IMG/VR virus record: IMGVR_UViG_3300017700_000721
Span: 32,001 to 96,000 of that record
Strand: one strand, 5' to 3'
Origin: a virus
Taxonomy: Duplodnaviria; Caudoviricetes
Length of the DNA: 64,000 nucleotides
A program made the translations under genes and the position numbers. The notes below the pieces were generated by a model, which was given only the letters and a program-made list of their open reading frames with translations, was not told where the DNA came from and did no database searches. This document shows positions 37,212 through 47,570 of this stretch, piece after piece (position 1 is the stretch's first letter; each line of letters begins with the position of its first letter).

Positions 37212-38969
37212 TCAGCCCCAGAAGTGGAGGTCTACGGAGCTGTCATTGGTTGCGTCAATGCCGCAGCAGAACAGACGCTTCTGAGCGCCAAAGTTCTGCC
37301 TGTAGTAATTGTCGATCCTGGCTCTCTGCCCTATTACATTCACAAGGGGATCAATAGCCGCCTGTACGGCGTACCTATTCCTCGGCTTGCTGAATAGGTC
37401 ACCTTGACGTTGACACTCCAAAGCGGCATCTTCCTCGTACCAGTAACCTGAGTCTTCTACGAAAACGTCGGGGGACGAAGGATAATTATTAATAATCCAT
37501 TGGTTCTGGATAGATGCGTATCTTCCCGCAGCCCCGTAAATCTGCACGTCAGCCATAGCCACGCTTCCAGCTATGGAACTGGGCTGCTGTATGGTGTTGT
37601 TCGTTCGCCAAGCTATGTAAGTTGCTCGGCGAGGAGGCAGCTGGTCTGTCTGCCGTAGCTCCCCAAGACGGCTTGAGGCAGTTTCACCTTCAAACGGAAA
37701 GCTCAGAACTAGGGTCGGAGATCCAGTCTCAGGATCTTCCGTCAATCCCATAATCAGAACCCCCGTCACAGTCATGACCCACCAACCCAGGCAGCCTTTC
37801 AAGACTCGGTTAATGGCTTGGTCCTTGGTCACTGGATCTGTCCAGTAAAAACCCACCGGAGCAGGTTGACGTTGATCTAGATAGGTTAATGCGTTGAAAT
37901 CTATCTGAGAAGCTTCGTCGAGACGATAAGTTCCCATCCTTGTGGCGATGCGACGGACAATCTGAGCCCTGGTCAAAGGAGGAGCTTGATCACTGATCGT
38001 GTCGTTATCTCCTATAACATCGCAGGTCACGTCCGACGTCGGAGTGCTCCCGAGCTTGAAAGCTCCCCTAGCAAGGCATGTGATATAAGAGGCAGGCGGA
38101 GGGATCGCAGCTTCTAACTCTTCAAAGGTAGCAACATCTCCGGCGTTGTCCCAAGGGACCGCAGCGTGCCTTAACTCCAAGATAGAGTTGATGCTCGTGA
38201 AACTACAGAGATAGGTCAGCTGTATCGAGTCCAACAGGACTGGTGTTATGTTGAAGTTATAACCCACCGCGTAGGGCTTTACCTTCCCTACTAATGTTGA
38301 GTTCCCCTCTAACCCTCCGGTACCCAGGAACAACTGCCCGTGGAGTTGGACTTGCGAGAGCTTCCACGAGTTATCTCTCAGCCGTATCTCTTTGGTGTAG
38401 CCATCACCTAGGATGCCAGCCCCTGACAGCTTCGCTATGCTTGCATAGGACGAAATCAAACCATCGATCGGACCGCGCCGAATCTCGATATCAGCGCCAT
38501 CCCAAGACATTGTCTCAAGATAATCCAGATCTCCGTTCGGGTCGTCCAAGGTTATAACCCCAACACTAGACTCACTCGGCTGAGTCGGATCCGCTCCTTT
38601 AAAGACCGACGATCCAATATTAGGTGTCTTAGAGAAGGCTCCTTGTAGGTACTTGTTGGGTGGAGTGTCCTCGGGAAGGGTCGTCAGTCCATGAGTATGG
38701 GCAATGTACTGAAGATCCCTCGTACCACCTACGGAGAACTGAAAGGGTCCGTTTATGTCAGCTTCGCCGAACGGAAAGGGAGGAGCCAGAAACTCACGCA
38801 TCGCGTTAGGATCAAATGGCGATGCCAGAAGTACCATTGCCCGGTCTTCGTGACCAGACAACACTTGAGGGTCCAACCCCGAGTAAAGAGGGAAAGAGAA
38901 AGGATCGTCAAACCCCGTCGCCCCAAAGGGGAAAGGCGGGGCGCCAGTAAGGAAGACAATCTCTGCCAT
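37212..38969 (-). CDS. Tail tip/hub protein
   Basis: Directly after the tape measure; GTGGLEG...GKVKPYAVG..FNITPV and CLARGAFKLG motifs. Confidence 0.7.
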   Translation of the reverse strand: MAEIVFLTGAPPFPFGATGFDDPFSFPLYSGLDPQVLSGHEDRAMVLLASPFDPNAMREFLAPPFPFGEADINGPFQFSVGGTRDLQYIAHTHGLTTLPEDTPPNKYLQGAFSKTPNIGSSVFKGADPTQPSESSVGVITLDDPNGDLDYLETMSWDGADIEIRRGPIDGLISSYASIAKLSGAGILGDGYTKEIRLRDNSWKLSQVQLHGQLFLGTGGLEGNSTLVGKVKPYAVGYNFNITPVLLDSIQLTYLCSFTSINSILELRHAAVPWDNAGDVATFEELEAAIPPPASYITCLARGAFKLGSTPTSDVTCDVIGDNDTISDQAPPLTRAQIVRRIATRMGTYRLDEASQIDFNALTYLDQRQPAPVGFYWTDPVTKDQAINRVLKGCLGWWVMTVTGVLIMGLTEDPETGSPTLVLSFPFEGETASSRLGELRQTDQLPPRRATYIAWRTNNTIQQPSSIAGSVAMADVQIYGAAGRYASIQNQWIINNYPSSPDVFVEDSGYWYEEDAALECQRQGDLFSKPRNRYAVQAAIDPLVNVIGQRARIDNYYRQNFGAQKRLFCCGIDATNDSSVDLHFWG

Positions 38970-41900
38970 TACATGTACTTGTTGGCGTTGGAGCGCTTAA
39001 TCTGGTCTGTCAAAAGAGCCAGCTGCTCCTTCAACTCGTCAATGCTCCTTGCCTGAGCTTCAATTAACTGACGATTTCGCGTGTCCGTCTCGGCGTTTAT
39101 AATGCCCATCTGGTCGACTACGTCAACAACGCCTGAATCCTTCAGGATCGAAGCGGCAAGGCCCGCCAGCTGACCTCGAACCTGGTCTTTGATCTCCTGG
39201 GATTGCTTGTTGCCACCAAAGTAGGTCTTCGCAAAAGCCACGTAATCCAGACCTTCCTGAGCTACCCTGTTCTGGGCGTCGGTGTCACCAGACTGAGCAT
39301 CAGCCAAGGTCTGGTTGTAAGTCCCCTCCAAACCCTGCAGCATGGTCAGCGGCGACGTACCCGACAGCGAGCCGTAGGTTAGTTGGTCGAGCGCATCCTG
39401 GATGGATCCTACGCTCTGCTCATAGAACTCCTTGGTCATCTGGAGCTGCATCTTGGTATAGTAAGCAGTGATCTTGTCAATGTCTACGTAAACACCTTCG
39501 ACGTTATCTCGGATATACTCAGCTGAGTTGAGCGCAGCTTCCCTCTGGTCAGCAAGCGCCCTAAGCTGAACCTGGAAAGGCGAGACCATCGAATCTATGA
39601 AGTCTTGCGCGAAGCGGGTCCTGGCTTTAGTCTCTGCTTCGTTGATGGGATCAAGCGATAGATTTAGCTTCTTCGCTTTGTCCGTCATCTCCCCGAAGGT
39701 TGTGGCGATAGTATCCAAGGCCTCCTGGGCCGGACCCATGATCTTACCCAGGTTCTCGTACTGCTTGGTAACAAACTGGATGTTGGCTGCAGCCTCTTCC
39801 AAAGAGGGGGCATAGCTCTCCATCGCATGAAGGGCCGTCGTCAGAGCGTCTGTAATCGGACCTACAGCACCTGACAACAAAGACTTGATGACAAGCTGAG
39901 CAGAGCCCGTGTCCATCATGTTGTCTTCGTTCATACGCCAAGCCTGACGCTGACCCGTCTCAGGATTGGTCAGATGGGTTGACTGAGAGGTGTAGCTCCA
40001 GTCTTTCCCTTGAGCTGTCCAGCTATCTAGCGCCAACTGCCATACTTTGGATCCGTCCTTCACCCCGCCCAAGAGCTTAAAGACTTCCGTGATGCCCTGA
40101 CCTGCATCTTTCAGATTACCCTCAGAGGCCAGTGAATTGGCGCCTTCACCATAAGCCCCACCTGTGGTGTAGAAACCATCTGACCCATAAATGAGGTTGG
40201 CGTTGGTTGAGCTGTGGGTTCTTTTGTCTCCACCCCCAAGTAGGCTGGGCAGGACCGCTGAGGCAAGGCTGATCACCGCACCAGCTGCCATTGTCCAGGG
40301 CGTCGGGATCATCATCAAGGCACCGCCAACCGCCTGGCCAATACCCCCAATCATGTCTTCGGTGTTCTTCGCGGTGATTGCCTTGAAGCCTCCCATCAGG
40401 GCACTTACTCCGCCCATGACGTTACCCATACCGAAGTCACCCATGGCAAGGCCTGACTCAGAGTTCAGGAAGCCCGGCTGCTGGGGGCCATAAGACCCAT
40501 CAGATGGCACGGATCCCTGGAACGGGTTACGGCTAAATAACCCACTCAGCATTCCAGTGCTGCCCGTGGATGGCAAGCCCACTCCGCCAGAAGCTACGCT
40601 GGATTTACCTGCAGCAGAGCCTGCCGGTGATCCTCCAACCCCTGATGCGCTTTTGAACACGCTTGTCAGCGAGTCCATTACTGCGTTCAAGCCCTCGTCC
40701 AAAGCCATAGAGATAAGCTTGTCCATGACCTTGTTCAAGGCTTTGGTGGCAGCCATAGCGAAGGCGTCCCAGGCACTCATTCCCTGGCGAATGCCTCCAA
40801 TCATCTCAGTGAAGAAGTCCTGGAAAGTTGTCTTCGCGAAGTCCACGGCATCTTTGAGAGCCGTTGTCTCATTCTCTGCAATGGCTGTGGCCCTGGCGTA
40901 GGCTCGCAGCTTCTCCTCGGCTTCAGGTAGCAGAACCGTTCCGTCGGCTGTAGCCTTGTTCAAGGCTTCGCGCTCTTTCCGCAGGATGTTCGCCTGCTTT
41001 GCGCTCATGAACATGGCTTCGCGCTCGGACTGCTGATCCCTTATAAAGCGATCCGCGTCACGCCCGGCGTTAAATACGATGGTCGCTTGCTTGGTCTTCT
41101 CGGCTGCCTCAGCCATCGCCGCTGCTTTAGCCTTCAACTCGGCTGTCTGAGCGGGAGACAGCTTCAGGTCAGCTTCGTTGGCCTTGTTGAGTAGGTCCTG
41201 CTCGTTACGTAGGGTTGCGGCCGCGAGGGCCGTCATCCCGAGAGCTTGCTCCTCTAGCTTCTGCTTGGCAATGTACTGGTCGGCCGCGTCGATAATCTTC
41301 TTGTAGGCCTCAGCTGCTTTGCTCTTGTCGTCGGATGGGTCAAACTCCGGAGAGGCAACCGGCTGGTTGGGGCCGTGCTGAGCCCCTTTCTTGTCGCCGG
41401 TGCTGTTCCACCAATTGCTAAGGTCGCCCAAAGGGTCCTGAGCAAGACGATCTTTCTGCCTTGCGGAATGGAGGGCGTTGTTCTGAGCGAGGCGGTCCGC
41501 GTAGGGGTTAGCGATGGGGCCTTTGCCACCTTCAAACCCAATCTTCGGGATCTGAGCCCAAGAAGGGGCAACGCTGTTCGCCTTCTCAATCAGCCAGTCC
41601 AGCTTCTCGGAGACGTAAGAGATCATCTTGTTGACCCCTTCCGTCATGGCATTCACGGCTCCGATTACCGCGGCCCCGATGATGTCCGGGAAGTTAGACC
41701 ACAGGAATTTGATGTCCTCGTAAACCGCAGTGAACGAGTTGATGATGAAGTTGACACCCTTCTTGCCAGCTTCAACAATGTCAAAGCCTAGGATGTCGCT
41801 GATCTCGTCCCTGAATGCGTAGGCTGCCACCAAGACGGCCGAGATCGCCAGAACCAAAGCGCCAAACGGATTGGCCATTGCCGCTACAGTGATGGATCGG

Positions 41901-42997
41901 ATCGCCGCTACACCGGCAGCGCCAAGCGCTCCAAATGCATAAGCTATCCCCGACAACATCGCGGGGCCAAAGTACCGGATAAGGGCCACGCCTGCCGCGA
42001 TAATATATGGGGTGAGCTTCTCCATGTTGCCGCTGAGATAGATCACCGCGTCAGCTAGAGCGGTGGCTCCTTTCACGGCAGCCTGCATCACCCCGAACAA
42101 CACGTCGCCGATGACATGAATAAAGGCGATGAAAGCCGGGTTCTTGAGAGCCGTGATAAGGTCTTCGATCGCTAAGCGCAGGGGCTCAGACGACTCCTTA
42201 CCCATCTCGAAGGCGTCACCAAAGTACCCACCCAGAGCCTTCAAGGCGCCGCCGAGGGTCTCACGGGCAGCCTTAGCTGATCCAGCGTATCGAGTCTCGA
42301 GGATCTCAAGCAACATCGCTTGAGCTTCCATCCCCTTACCAGAGTCCACCAGGCTCTTGATAGTCGTCTTCTGGGAGTCAGACAGATTGACGCCAGACCT
42401 CCGCAGCATATTCATGCCTTGGATGGGGTTCTCAAGGGCCCGACCCAAGGTCCAGGCCGCGCTTGAGAGGTCAACCTTCATCGCCTGGGCGAAGTCGACG
42501 GCTACTTTCGTAGCCTTCTCGAAGTTCTCCCCGCGCAGTCGCGTGAATGTGAGTAGGAGCGCCTGGGCTGAGTTAACCGCCTCGTCTCCGTAAACTGAGA
42601 CTTGCTTCAGCTCCTCGGCCACGTCGTTCAAGGCGTCCTGTGTCTGCCCCGCAACCTGCTGGGTGGACTGTAGGGTTGCTGCAAGCTGAGCTTGCACGGA
42701 GTCAGCTTCTGAGGTGCTCTCGATGAAGGTGTGCAGGCTGAATGCAGCGAGGACACCCGCGGCGAGTGTCGTGACCGTCCCAATCAGCTTCCTATAGATT
42801 GAGTCAAGAGCACTTACCGAGGCAGTGAGAGCCGTATTCTCGTTGGCAACCTTCTTCGCTGCATCAGTGGCTGCGCTGGCCCAGCGGATGATCTGCCTTT
42901 CGGCAGCACTACCAACGCGGACGTTCTCCTCAAGGGCCTCGTTGACCTTCTCGATCGGCTTTGCGTCAGCCTGGTATGAGAGGGTTGCTACGTCCAT
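38969..42997 (-). CDS. Tail tape measure protein (1342 aa)
   Basis: Ala-rich helical, LGRALENPIQG tape-measure motif, hydrophobic central segments, follows the chaperone genes. Confidence 0.92.
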   Translation of the reverse strand: MDVATLSYQADAKPIEKVNEALEENVRVGSAAERQIIRWASAATDAAKKVANENTALTASVSALDSIYRKLIGTVTTLAAGVLAAFSLHTFIESTSEADSVQAQLAATLQSTQQVAGQTQDALNDVAEELKQVSVYGDEAVNSAQALLLTFTRLRGENFEKATKVAVDFAQAMKVDLSSAAWTLGRALENPIQGMNMLRRSGVNLSDSQKTTIKSLVDSGKGMEAQAMLLEILETRYAGSAKAARETLGGALKALGGYFGDAFEMGKESSEPLRLAIEDLITALKNPAFIAFIHVIGDVLFGVMQAAVKGATALADAVIYLSGNMEKLTPYIIAAGVALIRYFGPAMLSGIAYAFGALGAAGVAAIRSITVAAMANPFGALVLAISAVLVAAYAFRDEISDILGFDIVEAGKKGVNFIINSFTAVYEDIKFLWSNFPDIIGAAVIGAVNAMTEGVNKMISYVSEKLDWLIEKANSVAPSWAQIPKIGFEGGKGPIANPYADRLAQNNALHSARQKDRLAQDPLGDLSNWWNSTGDKKGAQHGPNQPVASPEFDPSDDKSKAAEAYKKIIDAADQYIAKQKLEEQALGMTALAAATLRNEQDLLNKANEADLKLSPAQTAELKAKAAAMAEAAEKTKQATIVFNAGRDADRFIRDQQSEREAMFMSAKQANILRKEREALNKATADGTVLLPEAEEKLRAYARATAIAENETTALKDAVDFAKTTFQDFFTEMIGGIRQGMSAWDAFAMAATKALNKVMDKLISMALDEGLNAVMDSLTSVFKSASGVGGSPAGSAAGKSSVASGGVGLPSTGSTGMLSGLFSRNPFQGSVPSDGSYGPQQPGFLNSESGLAMGDFGMGNVMGGVSALMGGFKAITAKNTEDMIGGIGQAVGGALMMIPTPWTMAAGAVISLASAVLPSLLGGGDKRTHSSTNANLIYGSDGFYTTGGAYGEGANSLASEGNLKDAGQGITEVFKLLGGVKDGSKVWQLALDSWTAQGKDWSYTSQSTHLTNPETGQRQAWRMNEDNMMDTGSAQLVIKSLLSGAVGPITDALTTALHAMESYAPSLEEAAANIQFVTKQYENLGKIMGPAQEALDTIATTFGEMTDKAKKLNLSLDPINEAETKARTRFAQDFIDSMVSPFQVQLRALADQREAALNSAEYIRDNVEGVYVDIDKITAYYTKMQLQMTKEFYEQSVGSIQDALDQLTYGSLSGTSPLTMLQGLEGTYNQTLADAQSGDTDAQNRVAQEGLDYVAFAKTYFGGNKQSQEIKDQVRGQLAGLAASILKDSGVVDVVDQMGIINAETDTRNRQLIEAQARSIDELKEQLALLTDQIKRSNANKYM

Positions 42998-43431
42998 TAC
43001 TCAGGGGTCCCTTTAGAGTATCCGGTGCGGCCTTCTTCGTTCTCTTTGGCCTTCCTCTTCTGTTCAGCCTCGGCTTTATCTCTAGCCTCTTTCTGTTCTC
43101 CGTTGTAGGCTGTAAGGAACGCCTGATCGAGACGGACGATAATCCGGACCTCATCCTGGGTCATGGGGTTAGCCATCAGCTCCATCCAATCCCGGATCAT
43201 CCCAGGTTGAAGGGGCTCAGGACCTCCCATCCCACTTAAGCGCCTAGTTGATATATCCCAGAACCACCGGAGGATGTACTCGCCGTCCTCGCACTCAGGA
43301 GTTTCGGGGCTGGGTATCCCGAACCTCTCATTCCTCTGACGGCGGGTTTCACCGTCAGAGTCCGGTGTGTCGTATTTTACTAGTAGGCCTACTCGTTCGA
43401 CTAGCTGGTCGAGGAGGCCGGCGTAAAATTC
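42997..43431 (-). CDS. Tail assembly chaperone extension (G-T-like, reached by -1 frameshift)
   Basis: Open -1 frame overlapping the chaperone 3' end; WFWDISTRR..GMGGPEPL motif; no RBS of its own seen. Confidence 0.7.
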   Translation of the reverse strand, partial: EFYAGLLDQLVERVGLLVKYDTPDSDGETRRQRNERFGIPSPETPECEDGEYILRWFWDISTRRLSGMGGPEPLQPGMIRDWMELMANPMTQDEVRIIVRLDQAFLTAYNGEQKEARDKAEAEQKRKAKENEEGRTGYSKGTPE

Positions 43432-43799
43432 TCGATCTTGTTGGCTGCGGCCGTGACCTGGGTGTAAATCCAGTCGATCCCGAGCACCTCGATCGCCTTC
43501 TTCATCGAGAACTCGGTGCCGATCTTCTCGCCCTTGAACTCGTTGGTGCCCCAATCCCAGCTGGCGATACAGGCCGCGGCCGACTCGAGGGTTTCCTTCT
43601 CGAGCGAGACACTCTGAACCAGCTTGTTCTTAGCGCGGCGCTCGATGTTCTTGTCGAGGTGATGGCGGGCGACCTGCTTGGCGGCTTCGGAGCCCGAGGA
43701 GCGGATCTGGAACTTGATGCCAGTGGGCTGCTCGGTAGCAGGGTGAAGTAGCTCCAGCTCGAAAAGCTGGTCGTAGTTAACAATATTCGCGATGTCCAA
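43401..43799 (-). CDS. Tail assembly chaperone
   Basis: Between tube and tape measure; ELLHPAT..PTGI, ends NF; TTG start with GGGGAAG RBS. Confidence 0.8.
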   Translation of the reverse strand: MDIANIVNYDQLFELELLHPATEQPTGIKFQIRSSGSEAAKQVARHHLDKNIERRAKNKLVQSVSLEKETLESAAACIASWDWGTNEFKGEKIGTEFSMKKAIEVLGIDWIYTQVTAAANKIENFTPASSTS

Positions 43800-43813
43800 T
43801 TGACTTCCCCTGA

Positions 43814-43845
43814 ATGAGTGCTAGGGACTCTGCCCTAGCACTCAT
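43814..43845. promoter_or_regulatory. 13-bp perfect hairpin between the tail tube and chaperone genes
   Basis: ATGAGTGCTAGGG-actctg-CCCTAGCACTCAT; no long U-tract. Confidence 0.6.
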
Positions 43846-43861
43846 ACACAATCGTCCCGGT

Positions 43862-44626
43862 TTACGCGAGAATGGAGCCGAGTGAGTTCGCCGCGGACGA
43901 AGAGCCGGCACCGTTGATCGCGGTCACCTGCACTCGGATGTTGTCGGCGACGTCGCCCACGACCGGCACGTAGGTCTTGCCGGTGCCGCCGACCGAGACA
44001 TTGGAGTAGGTTCCGTTGCCCGAGACGTCGTGCTGCCACTGGTACGAGAAACTCGTCGGCTGGTTGGTCCACACGCCTTCGATCGCCGTGAGGGTGGTGC
44101 CGACCGTCATTGCGGCAGCCGAGATCGACGGCGGGCTGACATTCACGGGCACCGAGCCGGCGACCGGGTTGACCACGATTTCCTTCTGGACCAGGCCGAG
44201 CGTGAATACCTCGAGGATGAAGTCTTCGTTGCGACCGTTCGGACGGGTCGGGCCGGTGACCAGGCCTCGATTGTAGTAGATCGAGTTGGTGAAGTCAGCC
44301 TGAGGCTTGTCGGCGTCTTCGACCTTGAAGGCGTAGTAGAACTTGGTCTGACCCATCGAGCGGAGCAGGATCTGCCCGGCATCGGTCGGGTTACGGGCCA
44401 CTTCGACAGCCGGATCGCCCGCGTTGCTGATGCCCTTCTGCTTCTGGGCAACTTCGGTCGCAAGCTCGGGGTACGTGAGGATGTTCTCGGAGGTGCCGGC
44501 TTCGCCGACCGATCCGACGTTCTTCACTTCGACCCAGGTCAGGCCTTCATAGGCCGCCTGGTTGATGTCGATCGGCTGCGGGGTAGCGCAAACATAAAGC
44601 TTGCGGCCCTTGTTAGTGTTCGCCAT
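43862..44626 (-). CDS. Major tail tube protein with C-terminal Ig-like domain
   Basis: WVEVKNVGSVGEAG, KQKGISNAG, DAGQ; C-terminal TVGTTLTA..G.W....SYQW; strong codon bias. Confidence 0.85.
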   Translation of the reverse strand: MANTNKGRKLYVCATPQPIDINQAAYEGLTWVEVKNVGSVGEAGTSENILTYPELATEVAQKQKGISNAGDPAVEVARNPTDAGQILLRSMGQTKFYYAFKVEDADKPQADFTNSIYYNRGLVTGPTRPNGRNEDFILEVFTLGLVQKEIVVNPVAGSVPVNVSPPSISAAAMTVGTTLTAIEGVWTNQPTSFSYQWQHDVSGNGTYSNVSVGGTGKTYVPVVGDVADNIRVQVTAINGAGSSSAANSLGSILA

Positions 44627-44667
44627 CAGATCACTCCTCTATCAACGGTGACCCGAGAGCGGGCCGA

Positions 44668-45081
44668 CTACGCAAATGCCTCATAAGGCACACTCACAGG
44701 AACTTCCCATGAGACCTTGGTAGGAACTCCATCGCCGATGGAAGGTCTCTCCGTGATCGTGACCTTGATGCCGTTGATCCAATAAGGATCGTCTACCCGG
44801 AAGTGACTCACTATCTCCCCTGCTATGTCAATGGCCGGAAGTTCATCCTGGTTCAGAGGCCACTTCAGCAGGACCTGCATTATCCCTTTGTGGCGGTCGG
44901 GACCTCCACTCAAGAAGAGGCGGTCAATCTTGTTGTTGAAGACGCTCACTTCCAGGTACGCAGTTCCGTCAGGAGGTGGGGCAGTTGTCTGGTTCGGCCA
45001 CACAACCGGAAGAGGAGGGGTCAAGTTTAGCGCCACCACCATGTCCAGAAGTGCTTTGTAAATTGATCCTTCTTTAGTCAT
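44668..45081 (-). CDS. Tail terminator/completion protein
   Basis: Position; VVWPN...PP....YLEV, GIMQV, VPVSVPY. Confidence 0.7.
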   Translation of the reverse strand: MTKEGSIYKALLDMVVALNLTPPLPVVWPNQTTAPPPDGTAYLEVSVFNNKIDRLFLSGGPDRHKGIMQVLLKWPLNQDELPAIDIAGEIVSHFRVDDPYWINGIKVTITERPSIGDGVPTKVSWEVPVSVPYEAFA

Positions 45082-45493
45082 AGTCCGTGGCCGCCTTCCC
45101 GGATGCGTTCTTGACAGCCTCCTTCACAATCGAAGGCCACTGCTGGACAGCTAGTCTTGTGAACCCGCATCGTAACTCTTGAATGGGCGCGTAAGGAGCG
45201 CGGAACCCTAGGTAAACTGTGTCCTTGAACTGTAGGTTTGCAATCGTTGCTGCAATGTAGGATGACGGGTCGGCAAACTTTGCTCTGTCCGTCACAATCG
45301 TTACCCGGGCCTTCACGGTCACCATCCTGGAGTTGTAAAGGTTGCCCGTCAGGTACGGAAGATTTCCACCTTGCTGCCTGGGCAAGGACATCACACGCTC
45401 GACGCCTGCGACAGCGGCTCTATGAATAGCCAGGCTCTTCGCTTGCGTCTTGTTGGCTATTCGCCTTAGCTGAACTGCGAAGCTGGGAGGCAT
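45074..45493 (-). CDS. Neck protein (HK97 gp10-like)
   Basis: PYLTGNL, APYA..QE, GFTRLA. Confidence 0.65.
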   Translation of the reverse strand: MPPSFAVQLRRIANKTQAKSLAIHRAAVAGVERVMSLPRQQGGNLPYLTGNLYNSRMVTVKARVTIVTDRAKFADPSSYIAATIANLQFKDTVYLGFRAPYAPIQELRCGFTRLAVQQWPSIVKEAVKNASGKAATDYD

Positions 45494-45494
45494 G

Positions 45495-45896
45495 TTAACC
45501 CGCTATAAACCATCCGATATTGACCACTTCTCCCAAAGGGGGAGTTCGTTGGGTCTTCTTTATCTGCCTCACCTTCCCGTCAACCTTGATTAGGTCTTCC
45601 ATCGAAGGAAGGAGAGCGGTAACTACGCCGTTGACCTTGCCGAAAGGAGGGCTGGTGACAATCTGATCTGTCACCAGGATCAGTGACCCATCCGCTAGGT
45701 CCTCATCGACACCCGAGACCAAGGCGTCAAGTACGTATTCGACAATCGTCTTTGCCCCCTGCAGATAAGGGGTGGCCGGGTCGGAGGGTCCGTAGGATAG
45801 CTTCTGAACGATTACTGAGTGAGCTCCCGAAGAGTGCTTCCACTTCTTGGTTTCCCGTGTCAGATCTCTCTGTATCTTGGTGTATATGCTGGTCAT
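45495..45896 (-). CDS. Head closure/stopper protein
   Basis: Position; DGSLILVTD motif; beta-rich. Confidence 0.6.
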   Translation of the reverse strand: MTSIYTKIQRDLTRETKKWKHSSGAHSVIVQKLSYGPSDPATPYLQGAKTIVEYVLDALVSGVDEDLADGSLILVTDQIVTSPPFGKVNGVVTALLPSMEDLIKVDGKVRQIKKTQRTPPLGEVVNIGWFIAG

Positions 45897-46442
45897 TTAT
45901 CTGACCACGGTCTGCAGGTTCGGACCAAGCCAGTCAATAGGCTTGAGCTGGGCTATCGACCGCATCATCACCTCGACGTCGGGCAGTCTGGCGTCGAAGA
46001 GGTTCGACATCACCTGTTCGTTCTTCTTGTACGTGACTGATGTGCCGTTCTGAGACCATGAGGAAAGGTCGCCCTGAGAACTGGCTAGATACGGATCCAA
46101 CAGGCTTGGCTCGAGTGTGGCCTGGTACACGAACATGACCACGGATTTCTTCAGCTGGATGGGTATGGTTCCGGCCGGGATCACCCGGCCTTGCTCGTCG
46201 TAGTTCCGGGTCCTGGGATACTGCAGGTTCTGGGTCGTCGTCTTGGTGTTACCGTAGTATCTCCAACGACGGTCCAGGTACTGGGTTGCACTCACGATCA
46301 GGATCTTTATTGCTTCGTCCGAAGTTCCGGCCGGAAGAGCATAGCCCATGTTCTCAAGGAGTTGCTTGAACTCCGTAAGTTCCATGTAGGTCGTTGCGTC
46401 CGCTACGCCGGTCCCGTTCTCTACGCTCCAGGTGAGGGCCAT
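45897..46442 (-). CDS. Head-tail adaptor (DnaT-like family)
   Basis: VENGTGVADATTY, ATQYLD, QNLQYPR, IPIQLK. Confidence 0.7.
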   Translation of the reverse strand: MALTWSVENGTGVADATTYMELTEFKQLLENMGYALPAGTSDEAIKILIVSATQYLDRRWRYYGNTKTTTQNLQYPRTRNYDEQGRVIPAGTIPIQLKKSVVMFVYQATLEPSLLDPYLASSQGDLSSWSQNGTSVTYKKNEQVMSNLFDARLPDVEVMMRSIAQLKPIDWLGPNLQTVVR

Positions 46443-47110
46443 TAGATCATGTCCTTCTTGGTGAAGGGCTTCAGGTCCTGTCGGTAAGCCTCGCTGAGGT
46501 CTTCCTTGGTCACCTTCTCCAGGTTCCCGCGCAAGTATTTGTACTGGCTGGCAACCTGCTGAGCCACCACAAGCTTGAGACCCTCGTCCACCTGAACAAC
46601 CCCGTAGTCATCCAGTGGATCCGGATCTCCTTCCGGCGCAACTGAGACCGGATAACCTCCAGTGTAGGTCACTCGGAAGCCGCGAGGGGAGTACGTAAAC
46701 ATCCGCCCGTTGATCGGCACGTAGCTTGTGTAAACGTAGTCGGTGGCACCTCTCACCACGATCTTTCCCTTGTCCGGCTCCACCGTGTAATCCTGGCTGG
46801 TGAAGTTCAAGACAAGGATTGAACCTTGAGGTCGCCACTCGTAAGGAGAATACTCCACCTTCAAGGGCTGGGCCATGTCAATAGGATAGGCGTCCATCAG
46901 AAGCCATTGAGGCTCCGGGTCCGCAACAGCCTGGTCGTAGGATTGCCTGAACTCGACACGCTCCATCTTCCCAAAGGAACGGCGGGTCAGTCGGACTGCC
47001 TCGTCCGAGGCCGACTGGATAAGCCCGTTCAAGATCCCGTCCGGCATGGTGTCGGCCCGCGGGAGCATAAGCAAATCTTTTACCAATGCTCGCTCTACCA
47101 GCTTAACCAT
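46442..47110 (-). CDS. Head-tail connector (gp6-like)
   Basis: VKDLL...LIQSAS....TRRSF, VTYTGGY. Confidence 0.6.
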   Translation of the reverse strand: MVKLVERALVKDLLMLPRADTMPDGILNGLIQSASDEAVRLTRRSFGKMERVEFRQSYDQAVADPEPQWLLMDAYPIDMAQPLKVEYSPYEWRPQGSILVLNFTSQDYTVEPDKGKIVVRGATDYVYTSYVPINGRMFTYSPRGFRVTYTGGYPVSVAPEGDPDPLDDYGVVQVDEGLKLVVAQQVASQYKYLRGNLEKVTKEDLSEAYRQDLKPFTKKDMI

Positions 47111-47570
47111 TCTCTCGTTCCTTCACCTTTTCCAGGTGGTGTACCCTCAACACCTGTATTTCATATAGAGCCGAGGCCTTGGCTTCTTTGTCCTCAATCA
47201 GGCGGTACCGCACCAAGTTCTGGACTGCGGATACGATGATCATTGGAAAAGCGGTCGCCTCGTATCCGACCGTGTAAGTGATCTTGTAGTTGGATTGAGG
47301 TAGCGTAGGGTACATCAACCCGAGGTGGGAGATTAAGTCTTGCTTTTGCCCTTCCACCAAGGCATCCCGGGCAGGGAAGAACTCCAGTTTGATCATCTCA
47401 AAGCCCAGCAGCTTTTGCTCTTCCACTTCTCTCTTGATCACAGGGGACTGAGTCAGCGCCTCAATCACGAGCTGAGCTCGACGGATAGCCTCAGCTATCT
47501 CCTCCAAAGAGAAAAGGGCTCCCGGTTTATCCAGAAGCCCTTTCATTTCTGATGGTGTCGGAAGTCGCAC
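47103..47570 (-). CDS. Second gp6-like connector protein
   Basis: AQLVIEALT, ITYTVGY...P..I..A. Confidence 0.5.
   Translation of the reverse strand: MRLPTPSEMKGLLDKPGALFSLEEIAEAIRRAQLVIEALTQSPVIKREVEEQKLLGFEMIKLEFFPARDALVEGQKQDLISHLGLMYPTLPQSNYKITYTVGYEATAFPMIIVSAVQNLVRYRLIEDKEAKASALYEIQVLRVHHLEKVKERENG

Noticed and set aside
31784-43819. 12-bp direct repeat CCCTGAATGAGT in two intergenic gaps (31784 and 43808) as a late promoter motif
   Set aside because: Only two copies; not distinguishable from chance without a systematic motif search
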